Positions 1 to 13,118 of a DNA stretch of 64,000 bases are shown one piece after another (position 1 is the stretch's first letter; every line of letters begins with the position of its first letter). This DNA comes from Eledone cirrhosa (Eukaryota). The stretch spans positions 267,158,001 through 267,222,000 of the forward strand of contig OZ024743.1 of the NCBI GenBank assembly GCA_964016885.1, written 5' to 3'. The notes beneath the pieces are model-generated. The model worked only from the letters and a program-made list of their open reading frames with translations, made no database searches and had not been told where the DNA came from. A program made the translations under genes and the position numbers.

Positions 1-92
1 GGATATTTATTTTGTTGGAAATTCAACAAATATAAATGTTTAAGAAAATTCAATGTTTCCTTGGCTATGTCAGAATTTATAAAACACACGTT

Positions 93-156
93 GTATTTTA
101 TCTGATGAAAGCGTACCAAAGTTTTTGGTACCCTTGCATTATATATAATAGAATAC
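93..156 (+). ncRNA. Degenerate minimal type I hammerhead ribozyme motif
   Basis: Stem I GTATTTTAT/ATAGAATAC, CTGATGA core, stem II AAGCGTACCA/TGGTACCCTT, palindromic TATATA then TA. GAAA is mutated to GCAT. Same layout as the intact motif at 52793-52863. Confidence 0.55.
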
Positions 157-547
157 ATATGGTTTTATAAATATAGTTTCCATTTATTTAATATCATTGT
201 ATATATATGTATATATATATATATTTACATACGCCAAAACAACCATAGATATTTCCAAACTGACACACACACATACACACACACACACATACACACACAC
301 ATACACACACACACATACACACACACACGCACACAAATATATATATATATAAATATATATATCTATATATATAAATTTGTATATCTGTAGGTTAATTACC
401 GACACTTCAGCGTGCAGGGTAGAGCACACAACTAAGTGCGCAGATGAGTCTATTTACTACGGAGTAATTATATGCGCATACATATACGGATATATGTAAA
501 TACATACATATATATATATACATATATATATGTAGATATATATATGT

Positions 548-610
<63 letters not shown>

Positions 611-618
<8 letters not shown>

Positions 619-1512
619 GAAACACACAGATACATGCGGACACACACATATATACATGAATGCATCCGCACCCAACTGTGAGTTAAGGGTGCAAACTTCA
701 CCGATGTTGCTCAATGAATGACCGGGACAGACCAATTCAGTTTGAACCAGACTGAACCAGTATCAGAGTTAAAAATACATTACGAAGAGAGAAGAAACAT
801 TTAGATATAATTAGTAATAAAATGTATCATACCTACGTAGTCGAGGAATTTAGGAACAGATTAGGTATGATACATTTTACTACTAATTATATCTAAATGT
901 TTCTTCTCTCTTCATAATGTATTTTTAACTCTGATACTGGTTCAGTCTGGTTCAAACTGAATTGGTCTGTCCCGGTCATTCATTGAGCAACATCGGTGAA
1001 GTTGGCACCCTTAACTCACAGTTGGGTGCGGATGCATTCATGTATATATGTGTGTGTCCGCATGTATCTGTGTGTTTCTAAATATATTAATAACTCCCTC
1101 TGGTCGAGCAATCTTTGAAGTGTGGGGACAACTGGAAAGCTTCCATTACTCATACTTCTCGCCTTCTTCACTACCTCTTCTACGGCCTCGATATGAATAC
1201 CCCCTCCGCCTCCGTGGTATTTTCTTCGTGGTTATAAGAGGCTTAGCTCTGTTTCTCGACCGTTATATCGCGTGACTATCTCCCCCTCCGCCTTTTGGGA
1301 TTCTTTCTCACGTCATGTAGACGCGTTCTTGAGACTAGTAAAATGAGGTATCCTCTTGATAAGTCGGCAGACCTCGCAAGGACTCTATATCTTTGATATA
1401 TTGTTTTTGTTTATGCCACGAAACTACGTAGTCGAGGAATTTAGGAACAGTTTAGGTATGATACATTTTATTACTAATTATATCTAAATGTTTCTTCTCT
1501 CTTCATAATGTA
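611..1512 (+). mobile_element. Non-autonomous PLE-derived/retrozyme-like element (inverted arm plus ~590-bp unit with direct terminal repeat)
   Basis: 611-834 is the reverse complement of 863-1088. 833-923 is directly repeated at 1424-1512. Flanked by (TA)n, carries an HHR motif, no ORF. Confidence 0.75.
1351..1438 (+). ncRNA. Type I hammerhead motif, core decayed
   Basis: TCCTC-TTGATAA (CTGATGA with 2 transitions)-stem II GT(C)GGCA/TGCCAC-GAAA-CTACGTAG (palindromic stem III)-TC-GAGGA. Confidence 0.65.
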
Positions 1513-1582
1513 TATATATATATATATATGCATATATGTATGTGTGTATGCATGTATGTATCTATGTGTGTGACTATGTGTC

Positions 1583-1627
1583 TGTCTGATGATCCTACGA
1601 GACCACAGGTGAAATTCCAAAGTAACA
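1583..1627 (+). ncRNA. Hammerhead-like motif
   Basis: TGT-CTGATGA-TCCT...AGGT-GAAA-TTCCAAAG-TA-ACA. A related GAAACTCCAAAGTA occurs on the minus strand near 22538-22556. Confidence 0.45.
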
Positions 1628-1769
1628 TAAACCACCACTGTCTATATAATTCTCTTGTTTTACTACTTCTCTCCTTTTTAATTTTTTTTTACCTTTACTA
1701 AATCCTCGCGCATTGGACTGTCCGACCTTCTGTTCGATTTTTCATTGACTTTCTTCTGTGCGCTCCCTA

Positions 1770-1860
<91 letters not shown>

Positions 1861-1878
1861 CAATATATTTATAAAACC

Positions 1879-1939
<61 letters not shown>

Positions 1940-1942
1940 ATA

Positions 1943-2010
<68 letters not shown>

Positions 2011-2626
2011 GAGAGAAAGAACAACAGAAAGAAAGAAAGATAGGTATTCAAATCACTAAAATATCCTTCGATATAATTTCACTGATATTATCGAGTTAAA
2101 TTCCAATTTTCATATTTGGATGAAGTCCTTCATGGACATCATTCCGATGACAAAATGTCTCATCTACCAAAGTGAAATGTCCCCGGTGAAAATTGGCCTG
2201 AATTGCATTGTCTACTTTAGTCTTATAACATATCTGTCTAGCCAGCCATATATTTGGCCAATATAATGTTGTACTCACCTTCACCTCAGTGACTAAAAAC
2301 ACACCAATTGCACCGTCCACACAGACTGGCATAGAATATATTTCCTGACGGATTACACCTACATCTAATGAAATGGGAACTCCGAGTAAGAAAGGGGGGT
2401 AGGTGGGGGAGGGGGGGAGGGGGGGGGGAGCATTATGCGATTTCATATAAATATGTATTTTCGGCTACATAAATATATATGAATATCTATCTATATATCT
2501 ATTCGCATGTCTGTTTAGCTATCCGTCGTTACATACACAAACAGATACACATAAACACACACTCCCTAAACATGTACTCCCACATACACATGCGCACACA
2601 CACACATACATACAGGCACCACGACC

Positions 2627-2690
<64 letters not shown>

Positions 2691-2843
2691 ATCTGATAGA
2701 TACAGACCTGATAAAGGGTAATGACCCAGAAACATGTTGAACAAGCATGTGATGATCGGTCACAGGCATGGCACAGCTTCAAATTGGGCCGTTTGTTTAC
2801 AAACGAATCGAGCATTATTATTGATGTTTGATGTGACCCATAC

Positions 2844-2895
<52 letters not shown>

Positions 2896-3006
2896 TATTT
2901 TGCAATGCACTGTATGCTTAATTAAAAGCATGTTGAAGACCTTACGCTATTGTTTTAAACTAGTGACTATGTCACTTACTTCTTTTTTCGACGGACAAAG
3001 GGACAT

Positions 3007-3053
3007 TAGCTGACAGATCTCTGTTTCATACTGTTGGTATACCTCAGAGCTTA
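3007..3053 (-). ncRNA. Type I hammerhead (one core change)
   Basis: Minus strand: TAAGCT-CTGAGGT-ATAC caaca GTAT-GAAA-CAG agat CTG-TC-AGCTA. Confidence 0.75.
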
Positions 3054-3365
3054 GCACTCCCCTTGTTTGTTGAAAATTATGAATATTGCATTCTTATACA
3101 ATTCTAGTAATAATCAGGAACTGATTATACAGAGCGGTTGCTTTAAAACAATAGCGTAAGGTCTTCAACATGCTTTTAATTAAGCATAAAGTGTATTTGA
3201 AAATACACTATATATACATTCATATATGTATCGCTATTTCAGAGCACCAATTCTAATTTTCAATCTTTGCTGGCCCGGCAACCGCTCTGTATAATCAGTT
3301 CCTGATTATTACTGGAATTCTATAAGAATCCAACATTCATAATTTTCAACAAACAAGGGGAGTGC

Positions 3366-3413
3366 TAAGCTCTGAGGAATACCAACAGTATTAAACAGAG
3401 ATATGTCAGCTTA
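3366..3413 (+). ncRNA. Type I hammerhead (one core change)
   Basis: TAAGCT-CTGAGGA-ATAC caaca GTAT-TAAA-CAGAGATATG-TC-AGCTTA. The consensus with the inverted copy is a canonical HHR. Confidence 0.75.
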
Positions 3414-3583
3414 TCTCCCTTTGTTTGTTGAAAAAAGAAGTGAGTGACAAAGTCACTACTTTAAAACAATAACGTAAGGTCTTCAACATTCTTTTAATTA
3501 AGCATACAATGTATTGCAAAATAAGCTATATATATCGCTATTTCAGAGCAACAATTCTAATTTATATATATATATATATATGT

Positions 3584-4127
3584 GTATTTTTCCTCGCGAA
3601 TCAGTTATTTCGTTGCTACGGATCCTGCGGCTGAATTACCGGTCGCTATCTTCAATTTGCAAAGCCCTTTAAACTGTATGTTATTACTCTGAGGTCATAT
3701 ACCTTGTCGAGTGCTTGGCTGCACTTCTGAATGCATTCGTCGGTTTAGCTGCGGCTCGAGCTTCGATATGCTGTACTTCCATTTGTATTACTATCTCCTA
3801 GACCTAATGATTAATTGATTAATTTAATTAGACAATTGTTTAATTATTTATGTTTGTTTAATAACGGTCTGGTTGAGTGCTTAATTGACTTTGTGTACGG
3901 AACCTATTCCATTGCTCATAATTTGAATTTGACGGCCATAAACTGGGGTTAGCTCCCTTTGGAGTAACATGTGCCCTCACAACCGGACTGGCGTCTGAAC
4001 GAAAGCCTGTTGAGAAAGTAAATCCACTGTTCGAAACTTAACTTGCATACACGACAAGCTGATTTTGTTGATTTCGGATTTACAGAAACCTAACTGAGAT
4101 ATTGCAAAATATCGAAGTGATGGTCCA

Positions 4128-4194
<67 letters not shown>

Positions 4195-4408
4195 ATATGT
4201 ATATATTTTTTATCGCGTGTCAGTTCTTTCGTTGCTACGGACACCGCGGGTGAATTAGCGGTCGCTATTTTCAATATGCAAAGCGCTTTAAACTGTATGT
4301 TATTACTCTGAAATTTTATACCTCGTCCAGTGCTTGGCTGCACTGCTGAATGCATTCGTTGGCTTAGCTGTGGTTCGAGCTTCGAATATGCTGTATTCCA
4401 TTTGTATA
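3584..4408. repeat. Diverged ~200-bp direct repeat pair (3584-3788 and 4203-4408), each starting at a (TA)n tract
   Basis: Collinear shared blocks, e.g. TTTCGTTGCTACGGA, TTTAAACTGTATGTTATTACTCTGA, CTGAATGCATTCGT. Confidence 0.7.
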
Positions 4409-4921
4409 TATATATATATATATATAATTGTAATAGATGTCAGGCAAGATGCACTATTTTGGGAGTTATATTTGGCTTTGTGACAAAAATATATTAAATA
4501 ACTGAAATATATATATATTAATGCAGACATAATATTAGAACGTAATGAAAACGAAACGAAAAAAAATAATAAAAGAATTTAGCTGCGCAGCAACCAAATA
4601 TTAACCTTATTTCTAATACTAAAAATAATAATAGCATTCATTGAATCTATACTTTAGATATGATCCAAGTTGAATATGATAACTTAGAGCTAGCTAATGG
4701 ATGGTCGAACCCAAAAGAGGTCCTTTAGGGGTTAAAATTTCCTAAAAGACTGCCATAGGCACATGTATTTTTGTTATTACTGGCATTATCATTTTAGTAT
4801 TTTATTGAATTTATCTTTTGTTTTCTTTTGTTGTTTATTTACTTATCTATTAGTGTTGTGATCTATGAGTGTGTGAGTGGTTGTGTTTCGCTGCTTGTTT
4901 GAGTGTGGGTGTGTGTGTGTA

Positions 4922-4967
<46 letters not shown>

Positions 4968-5065
4968 TATGTTTCTGTGTAAAAATATAGGAAATGTTAT
5001 ACTATTACATTTATATTGTTAATCAGACAAGCTCTCTCACACTCCCTCACACATTGGCGGACACG

Positions 5066-5119
<54 letters not shown>

Positions 5120-5209
5120 TATGTATATATATATGTATATATATATATATACGTACATATATATATACACATATATGTATATATATATGCTTGTATGTAT
5201 GTGCACACA

Positions 5210-5306
<97 letters not shown>

Positions 5307-5416
5307 TGAGTATGCATGCATATAAACACACACATATTTAAATATTTCGTGTCAAGATAGTGATGCTGCCATTACGTTGATGATATTAACGTACATTTGT
5401 TGTGGGATAATGTTGT

Positions 5417-5600
5417 TTAGTGCCTAAAGATGTTGATGTTCTTTCTATTTACGATATTCAACGTGGTAATGTCCATATGTGTTTTGATAGGGATGTTAGT
5501 AGTGTGTGACAGTTTTGTTGCTAACTCCTCTGCAGTTGAGAATAGTATTGACGACGTTGTTGAGCGGAGCGGTGGTAAGTTACATTTTTCTGTGATGAAA
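5417..5600 (-). pseudogene. Possible N-terminal APE-endonuclease remnant of a LINE
   Basis: Minus-strand frames give ILNCRGVSNKT followed by DITTL, resembling the NxRG...NK...DI start of LINE endonucleases. Confidence 0.3.
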
Positions 5601-5749
5601 AACACCCTGTGTAATACGCCTAAAGCGAGTCACTGTAAATATGCTCAGATTGTGAGAATGTCTATAGTAATTTGTCTCGAAATGTGGAAGTATTAAATAT
5701 GAAAAAGAAAAAAATTAAACAAAAACAAAACCACCGTTTTATTACTATC

Positions 5750-6190
5750 ATCGTTCATTTTTGTAAATCTCAGACACTTGGATGTTAAACGATCTGGTTA
5801 TTTCAGTTAGGGAGCAACCACAAGTTGACAAAGATCCTTCGCCGCTGACTCTCCTGTGTCCCCAACAGAGGATCCTTTCATTAACATTCTTGCTGACCAC
5901 TGACATTACTTCAATTCCCATTCTATTTATTCTCTTTTCCAAACTGTTCGATATCCATCCAAATTTTCCCATAACTATTGGACTCACTAAAAGCTTCTAC
6001 TCCCCCCAGTTTTCCAACCTCCTCTTTCAGTGGTACATAGTCCTCTATCTTCTTTTTATCATACACCCTACTCTCTTCTGGGACAGATATTTAGATAATT
6101 TTGGATTCTTTTTTTCTTCCAGATCACAACTAAAATGCCTGGCTTTCTTGCCTCAATCATTCTATCGCATTTATTATCCTAATTTGTTTT
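5750..6190 (-). pseudogene. Decayed 3' end of an R4/Dong-type non-LTR retrotransposon (restriction-like endonuclease region)
   Basis: KLSKY...SPIVMGKFGWISNSLEKRINRMGI matches the PIVIGxLG C-terminal motif also seen at 6485-6676. Confidence 0.5.
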
Positions 6191-6479
6191 AATTGCGCAT
6201 CATCACTACTCTACCGAGCACAGCACGTTGTGCCTTGTGTAACAGCAGTGTGGTTTTGGTTGATGTTGTTTCTATTGTTTTGATAGTACTTTTCGTAATA
6301 TAAATGCAGTGCCTTGTAGTGCTTTTTTTTTGTATGCTGTATGTATTTGTAAGTCCTGGTATTTTTGTTATGTATATGTCGGTGTGTTTTTTTTATCATT
6401 CCAAGAGCACCTATTATTATAGGTATTGTTTCTGTTTTGTTTCTTCACTCAGCTTCTACCGCTGGAGATATATTACAGA

Positions 6480-7930
6480 GTTAGCTATTCTCTACCAGTT
6501 AACTGTGGTAATAACCTCGGAAGTATTCGAGCTGTTACAAGTAATGTAGCTTTTTGTAAGAGTTCCATCCGTATTGCAATCCCTATTTGTTTAATGTACT
6601 TCTCAAGACCTCTACTCACTGTTCCAAGGACACCAACTATTATTGGTATTACCACCAACATTTTAAGTGACCACACCTGCTTAACCTCCCAAGCTAACCT
6701 ATCATATCTATCAAAATGTTAGTGTTAGCAAAGGCACAGCAATCGCATATTAAGTATCGATTTAATGACACAGAGAGGTTCAAATGGCCATATCTTTCCT
6801 ATTCGGATGTTATATAAACGGTTTACTCGTTCCTTGTCAAATATATCCTAGAATATATTTTCATCTATCCTTAAGTATCTGTAACATTTCCGGTCATACA
6901 CCACTGAAACAGTCGAGCTATTTATAGTGATATTGCTAATTTTGCCTTTAGTTTCTCCTCGCTTTACAATCATATAAGGACATCTATCCTGGCCAACATC
7001 CATTTCTGTATCTTTCGAGAATACCGTAATAAGTTCAATGTTTTCTTGCTAAGATTTATATTATTGGCATAAAATCTCCGCTCTTTCACAAAGAAGGTAT
7101 GCTTTAGATTAATGCTTCCCACCTCCTGTAAAACAATTGCATATCTTTCATATTTCCTAAACATAAAGGACTATGGGTTTATTGATAGTATAAATGGCAT
7201 CACAGAGAGAGCGTCTCCTTGAAATACACCCCTGCAATATTCTATTATATCAGTAACAATATAGTTCACCTGTGTATTTAAGAATAGTGGCCCAGGAAAA
7301 ATATAGGTTGTCTATGGCTCTATTAATCTTGGACTTTAGCAGGTCGAAGGGCCTTTAATATCCAAGAGTGAGGAAAAGGGTCAAATGCTTTCCTGTAGTC
7401 CAGCCAGACCAAGTAAGTTCCACCTATATCATCGCACTTCTGACGTCGCGTGTTTGTTAATTAGGAGTTGCACACCTTGCGCCCAAACTCCTTTTTTCTC
7501 AGCTGCTTGCTTCTTTTTGAGTTTATTATCACAGGGATACTGGGGGAATAGGTTCAGCTAGCTTGAATATCTTTTATGCATTAGGTTCTGCCATGTAATA
7601 GGTCACTAGTTTTTTTTACCATCTGGTTATCTTTGTTTTGGAGGACAAATATTGTTTCTACTAATGTCAACCAGCTTGGCAAGAATATCATCATCGATGC
7701 TGTGTATTTTTTGAGGTAATGCAGCAGCAGTAGTTTGTTTGGATCCCTTTCAACCATACGACATCTTGGTTGAATTTCTTATAATCACCCCATATGTTTT
7801 CTCAAGAAGGAAACTGTTTCTCTGGGATGGGACATCAGTGGCATTTATTCATTTCCCCCAATATCTCTATAGACTGACACTTTATTTCGGTTGAATCTTT
7901 TATTAATCATTTTCCTTTCACCCACTCTCT
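6480..7930 (-). pseudogene. Degenerate R4/Dong-type non-LTR retrotransposon (RT + REL C-terminus)
   Basis: WLDYRKAFDPFPHSWILKAL (~7350-7405), RGVFQGDALS (~7205-7235) and C-terminal VIPIIVGVLGTVSRGLEKYIKQIGIAIRMELLQKATLLVTARIL. Many stops and frameshifts. Confidence 0.75.
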
Positions 7931-8001
7931 TTCTTGTTTGAAGGTGATCAACTTGTATCAAAGAGTTCTGATTGTACTCTCCCCAAACATCATTTATATT
8001 C

Positions 8002-8017
8002 TATGTATGTATGTATG

Positions 8018-8051
<34 letters not shown>

Positions 8052-8100
8052 TGTATGTATGTATGTATGTATGTATGTATGTATGTATGTATGTATGTAT
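8002..8100. repeat. (TATG)n microsatellite
   Basis: Direct reading. Confidence 0.95.
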
Positions 8101-9080
8101 GTGTGTGTGTATGTAGGATTACTAGATATGTTGAAGTTGTCATTTTATAATCCTGAGTTTCTGGGTTTGAACCAGCAGTTGGGCATGATAGGTAACCACC
8201 GTGTAACATACGTCCAATTCGTCTAACAGCTAGTGTGGAGCTTTTGTTAAAAGGATATACTTTCGAAGCCCGTTAGATGGACTGCACATGTAATAGAAAA
8301 TGGCTCGCATCATATACTTTATGACGCTGAATTACTCTGAGAATTAAATTCTGTGAATATGTACTTGTGGAATACTCAGTCCTTTAAACTATAATTTAAG
8401 AAGTAAGCCGTTCTTTTGCTATAACAATTCCAACAACCATCGTCGAAAACTACGGAGTAACATTTACTTTTTGTGTATGCTATTGTGTAAGTTCCATGTG
8501 TGTATAAACGTATGTCTGTATAAATCTCTGATTGTCTTTTAGCTAATGTAATCGCAATTCCGTTTCCTTTTCAACAAAATTAAGCAGTTTCTTGAACACA
8601 TTCCGTATTTCATATCAATTCATCCCCATGATACCCTCGGCAATGTGTGATATCTCATTGAAAGTTCCAAGACATCGATAAACCGACCTTTCATTCCAAT
8701 ATTCCATGTTAACCACACCTGATCCTGCTCGATAAAGTTATGCCTTAAACTATACATACTTGAGCATTTGCTTTACATAATACCAGGAAAATCCTTGGAC
8801 ATAGTGTGATGTAGATTTATTAAAGTAATCACTGCAATGTAAGGTTATTTAATTGAAAAATCATGTTTATAGCACAATGGAATAGATATTTTATACAGGC
8901 TATTTATGATTTTGTAGATATAAGAATAAATAAGATACATAAGATATGTGATCAATTAATGCACACACACATATGCATGCACTTGAATGCATCTATATAT
9001 ATAAATTTGTGTGTATATATTTATATATATACATATAAATTTGTATATAATTTATATAATATATATATATACACATACAC

Positions 9081-9144
<64 letters not shown>

Positions 9145-9669
9145 ACACACACACACACACATATATGTATATATATATATATATACATACATGCATACAC
9201 ACACTTATATATATATAGTGTCCAGAGTCTCCGTAGACTAGATAAAGAGAAAAGAAAAAGCGCGGTGTATAAATAAGTACAAAGCTAAAATATATTATTA
9301 GAAATAAATTCTCAACATACAGGAACTAACATGAAAAATAAACAATTCTAACAGATAAACATTCTCTAAGACCTATGATAGAGCAGTCTGTAAAACCTTG
9401 GATAGCATGAAACTCGGTAGAGAATTCATTTATAATAATAATAATAAGGAAGATTCTGTCAATATAAGTACATCACAAGTCTAAACACTAAAGATGCATG
9501 TGTGAATATGTATGTTCTTTCTTGAACATGGTGTAACAAAAAATAACAATGAAAAATTCCCCAAAAGGGGGGAGACTTCGGAGGGACATTTGTGGAGAAA
9601 GCCCAGTAAAAAGCCACAATGACCTTGACCACCAAGGCAAGTGCCCTCTCCCAGTTTTCCACCTTCAAT

Positions 9670-12600
9670 TTACAGATATATACTCAGAGTAGGCCCATTC
9701 ACTCGGGCCATTCTTGCTTCTCTCACCCATCTTTCAACAAAATGCTGGGAAGAGAGCACTTCCCTCTCTACTCCGATTTTCCTTTTCAATTGAAATTTGA
9801 AAAAGTCAATCAGAGCATCACCGAAGAGGTAAGTGCTCGTCTTCAGCCCTTTCAAACGTGTCCACCATACTATCTCTTTCGCCATGGCCACCAGACAGAT
9901 AAAAACTGCCTGCCCTTCCCGGCTAAAGGAGGAGGGCGGGGCAATCCTCACGATGGACTCAGCTGATAGCCGGATCCGTTCTAAACGCGACAGCAGGTGT
10001 TCGACATAAACCCACAACTCAGCAATTTTCGGACACTGGACGAGTGCGTGCAGGACGGTTTCGTCGCCCTGTGCGCATCTCGGACATGCCCGACTGACGG
10101 CACCTCCATGCCTGTAGAGTTTATCCCGAACTGGCAAGGCTCCTCGGTAGCATTGCCAGGCCAGAGATTTCTGGAAGTTGTCCATAGGCCCTTGCCCGAA
10201 AGTTCTTCCGAAGAGATTGGCTAGTTGATTTTCGTCGACGCCTAGAGTTTCCCCAAGTACGTCGTCGCTCTTCCCCTCCACTAATCCTCTATAGAACGCC
10301 GAGGTGGAGTTTCCACCGATCACATTGCCCGATTGGTCGAGGGCTGTGAGCGCCTGAAGACTTCCAGTCTCCAGGCGCTCCCTCTCGGTCTTCGCTGACC
10401 CAGGACTGAAGCTCCGTCAAGGAAACGAGCTGGGGAAATACGTGTCTAGCAAACGGCGACCACACCTGATCACCGTCGAGGAAGAGGTGGAGATGTCGTA
10501 GCCTGAGCGCGTGCCTGCGCATCATCAGCCACGGCATGCCCAGCCCTCCACGTAGCGGGTGTTGACAACAGATGGACCGCCTGACCATCGGAGCGCGTCC
10601 CTTCCACAAAAAGCGAAAGAGCAAACGCTCCAGCGCAGTCAGGCGAGTCTTAGGACAAGGTACGACGGTCAGGCTGTAGCAGATGACAGACGCGATGTAC
10701 GCGTTAGCCACCTCCGCTCGACCTTTCAGGGATAGCTTCCTCTCCGCCCATTTCTGAAGCCACCCTGCTCGTCACCTCGTCCCAGTTTTTGTCCGTCTGG
10801 AGGTCCGGACCGAACCAGACCCCTAGCAATTTAACCGGTCCGTCCGTCCAGCGTCCGACGACGCTGTTGGACGGCATGGACCTGCCTCTCCAGGTGCCGA
10901 GCTGCAGGCCCACTGACTTTTCCTGGTTGATCATTGCTCCTGTCACCGCTTCGTATTCTCTTAGTGTAGTGCCGTCGCCTCGATGTGTTTGGCGTTCGAC
11001 ACCACTACGGTGACATCGTCCGCATATGCTGACACGGATCTTCCGCATCCTAGTTCGCGCGGGATGCCCCTCAACGTCTCCAGTTTGGGCAGTAATGGCT
11101 CGAGAGTCAATACGTACAAGAGGGACGAGAGGGGACATCCTTGTCGGACCGAGCGCATGATGTTGAACGGTTCCGACAGGTGACCGTTCACTCTCACCAC
11201 AGAGCAGATGTCGCTGTGCATGGCAGCGATCCAGCCTCTGAAGACGGGGCCAAAGCCAACCGCCCTCAGGACTGCCGCTAGGTAACGATGGTCGACCCTA
11301 TCGAAGCTTTCGACTGATCTAAATTGATCAAGGACCCACCCGTGCCAGGTTCCCTAGCTACCCTCTCTACGATGTATCGCATGAGGTGGAGGTAGTGGAT
11401 GGATCTGTCGGGAATGGCACATGTCTGCGCCTCTCCCACCAGTCCACCAACGACAAGCGCCAACCTCTTTGCTAGCACCTTGGCCAAAATCTTGAACTCT
11501 GTGTTTAGCAGAGTTATGAGCCGGAAATTATCTATGTTATCCCCCTTGTTCGGATCCTTTCTCAGCAGTGCCACCGCTCCTCAGCTCACAGAACTGGGAA
11601 TTCTCCCGTTCTGTTGCCAGTTGCAGTAGACGTCCGCCAAGAGTCCTCCGAACAAGTCTGGCATCTGTACGTAAAGTTTATAGGGCAGACCATCCAAACC
11701 AGGCGATTTACCCCTTGTGCAGCCAGTCATTGCCTCCCTTACTTCAGCGGCTGTTATCGGCTTTTCGCAACACTTCGCCTCAGTGGCCGAGAGCCGCGGC
11801 AGTCCGTCGAGGTAGACACTAAAGTCCATCCCTCGACCCGGCCCACCGCTGCCCCCGAAAAACTGAGCGAAGTGTCGCTGAAAAGCTTCACACATTTGCT
11901 CGGGATCGAGTAGCATGCGCCCGTCGTGGTCCACCAAAAACCGGATCGTGGCTTTGTTGCCACGACGCGCCTCCGCCACTCGGGCCCATTGAACGGCTTT
12001 CGTCCCCTCGTGTCTGAGAGCATGCACCCTTGCTGTGACAACGCAGCCTTCGTGCTTTGCATTGAAGAATTGGTCCAGGGCCAATTTCGCCGCAAGCACG
12101 TCGGTCGCAATGCCTTTGCTAAGCGCCTCGTCTAATTGTCTAACTAGTTCTCCCTCTGCTCTATTTTTCTCTATTGCTAAAGCCTTACTAAACCTAATGG
12201 ATTCTATTCTAATCGCTCTTTTCGGAGCAAACCACCACTTGTTGTTGACGATGGCCCCCGTCAACGCCCGCTTAACTAGTTCGCTAATCCGGTCTCTGTA
12301 GGCCTTCCGCGCTGGTAAGGACGCGTTTAGCTTCCAGTAGCCGGGTCCTCGTCTATGAAGCCTATCTAAGTCAAGCACACAGATCACGAATTTGTGATCC
12401 ATGTAGCTGACTATCTTGAATTGTGGACAGCCTATGCTAGACCTATCTATTTCCCTACAAAATACTCTATCTAGATATGATGTGGATGACCCTATGCGAT
12501 TTGTCGAAGTCCACATTGGCACATTTAGGAAATCCAATCGGTACCTGTCAGACAGTTCAAAACGCCTGAGCAGTTTGGTGAGGCTCTTGCAACCTCCACC

Positions 12601-13083
12601 CATATCCGCTAATCCCACACAGTCCCAGCGTGCATATAAGATCCCGTTCCAGTCGCCCACTAACACTAAAGAGCGGGACGTTCCAAGAAAGGTCTCCAGA
12701 CGCCGGAAGAAATCAGGCCGCCCTGCTCCTGTCGGGGCATAGACGGCCACTAGCCTGAAAGCTTGCCCGTCTCCGCTGGTCACGTCCAGCACCACCAGCT
12801 TACCCTCTGGTTCCAGGAAGATGGCCTGTATGGCGAGATCCAAACCTCTCCGAAAAAACCGAGAAAGCACAGCAACTCCGCCCCCCGATCCAGGACGGCT
12901 TGGAGATGCGTACACATCGTAGCCGGCGAAGATCGGTGCGAAGGCCCGGGGTTCGGAGATTCTGGTCTCGCTGATGGCCACTACATCTATGTTTAGTGAC
13001 CTGAGGTCGTTGAGCAGGTGACCCTGCTTCCATGACGACCCCAAGCCACGCGCATTTATGCTGCCTATTCTGAGTGAGGTCAT
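9670..13083 (-). pseudogene. LINE ORF2 (APE endonuclease + reverse transcriptase + C-terminal zinc-binding region), disrupted
   Basis: SINARGL, SETR, VYAP, GDWN, SYLDRV, DHK (APE). KSPGLDG, FRLITLLN, LDQSKA, RQGCPLS, YADD (RT). CPRCAQGDETVLHALVQC. TGA at 11581 plus several frameshifts. Confidence 0.9.
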
Positions 13084-13118
13084 GTTTAAAATAGAGTGGA
13101 AAAGATGGGAAAGACCAC

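Larger units (their letters stand above)
2889..3563 (+). mobile_element. Retrozyme-like element: ~318-bp monomer (1.3 tandem copies) preceded by an inverted copy
   Basis: 2889-3141 is inverted relative to 3278-3530. 3142-3260 repeats at 3460-3563. (TA)n on both sides and an HHR in each orientation. Confidence 0.8.

Noticed and set aside
2096-2446. 116-aa minus-strand ORF
   Set aside because: No recognisable motif, and the start crosses a G/C homopolymer run.
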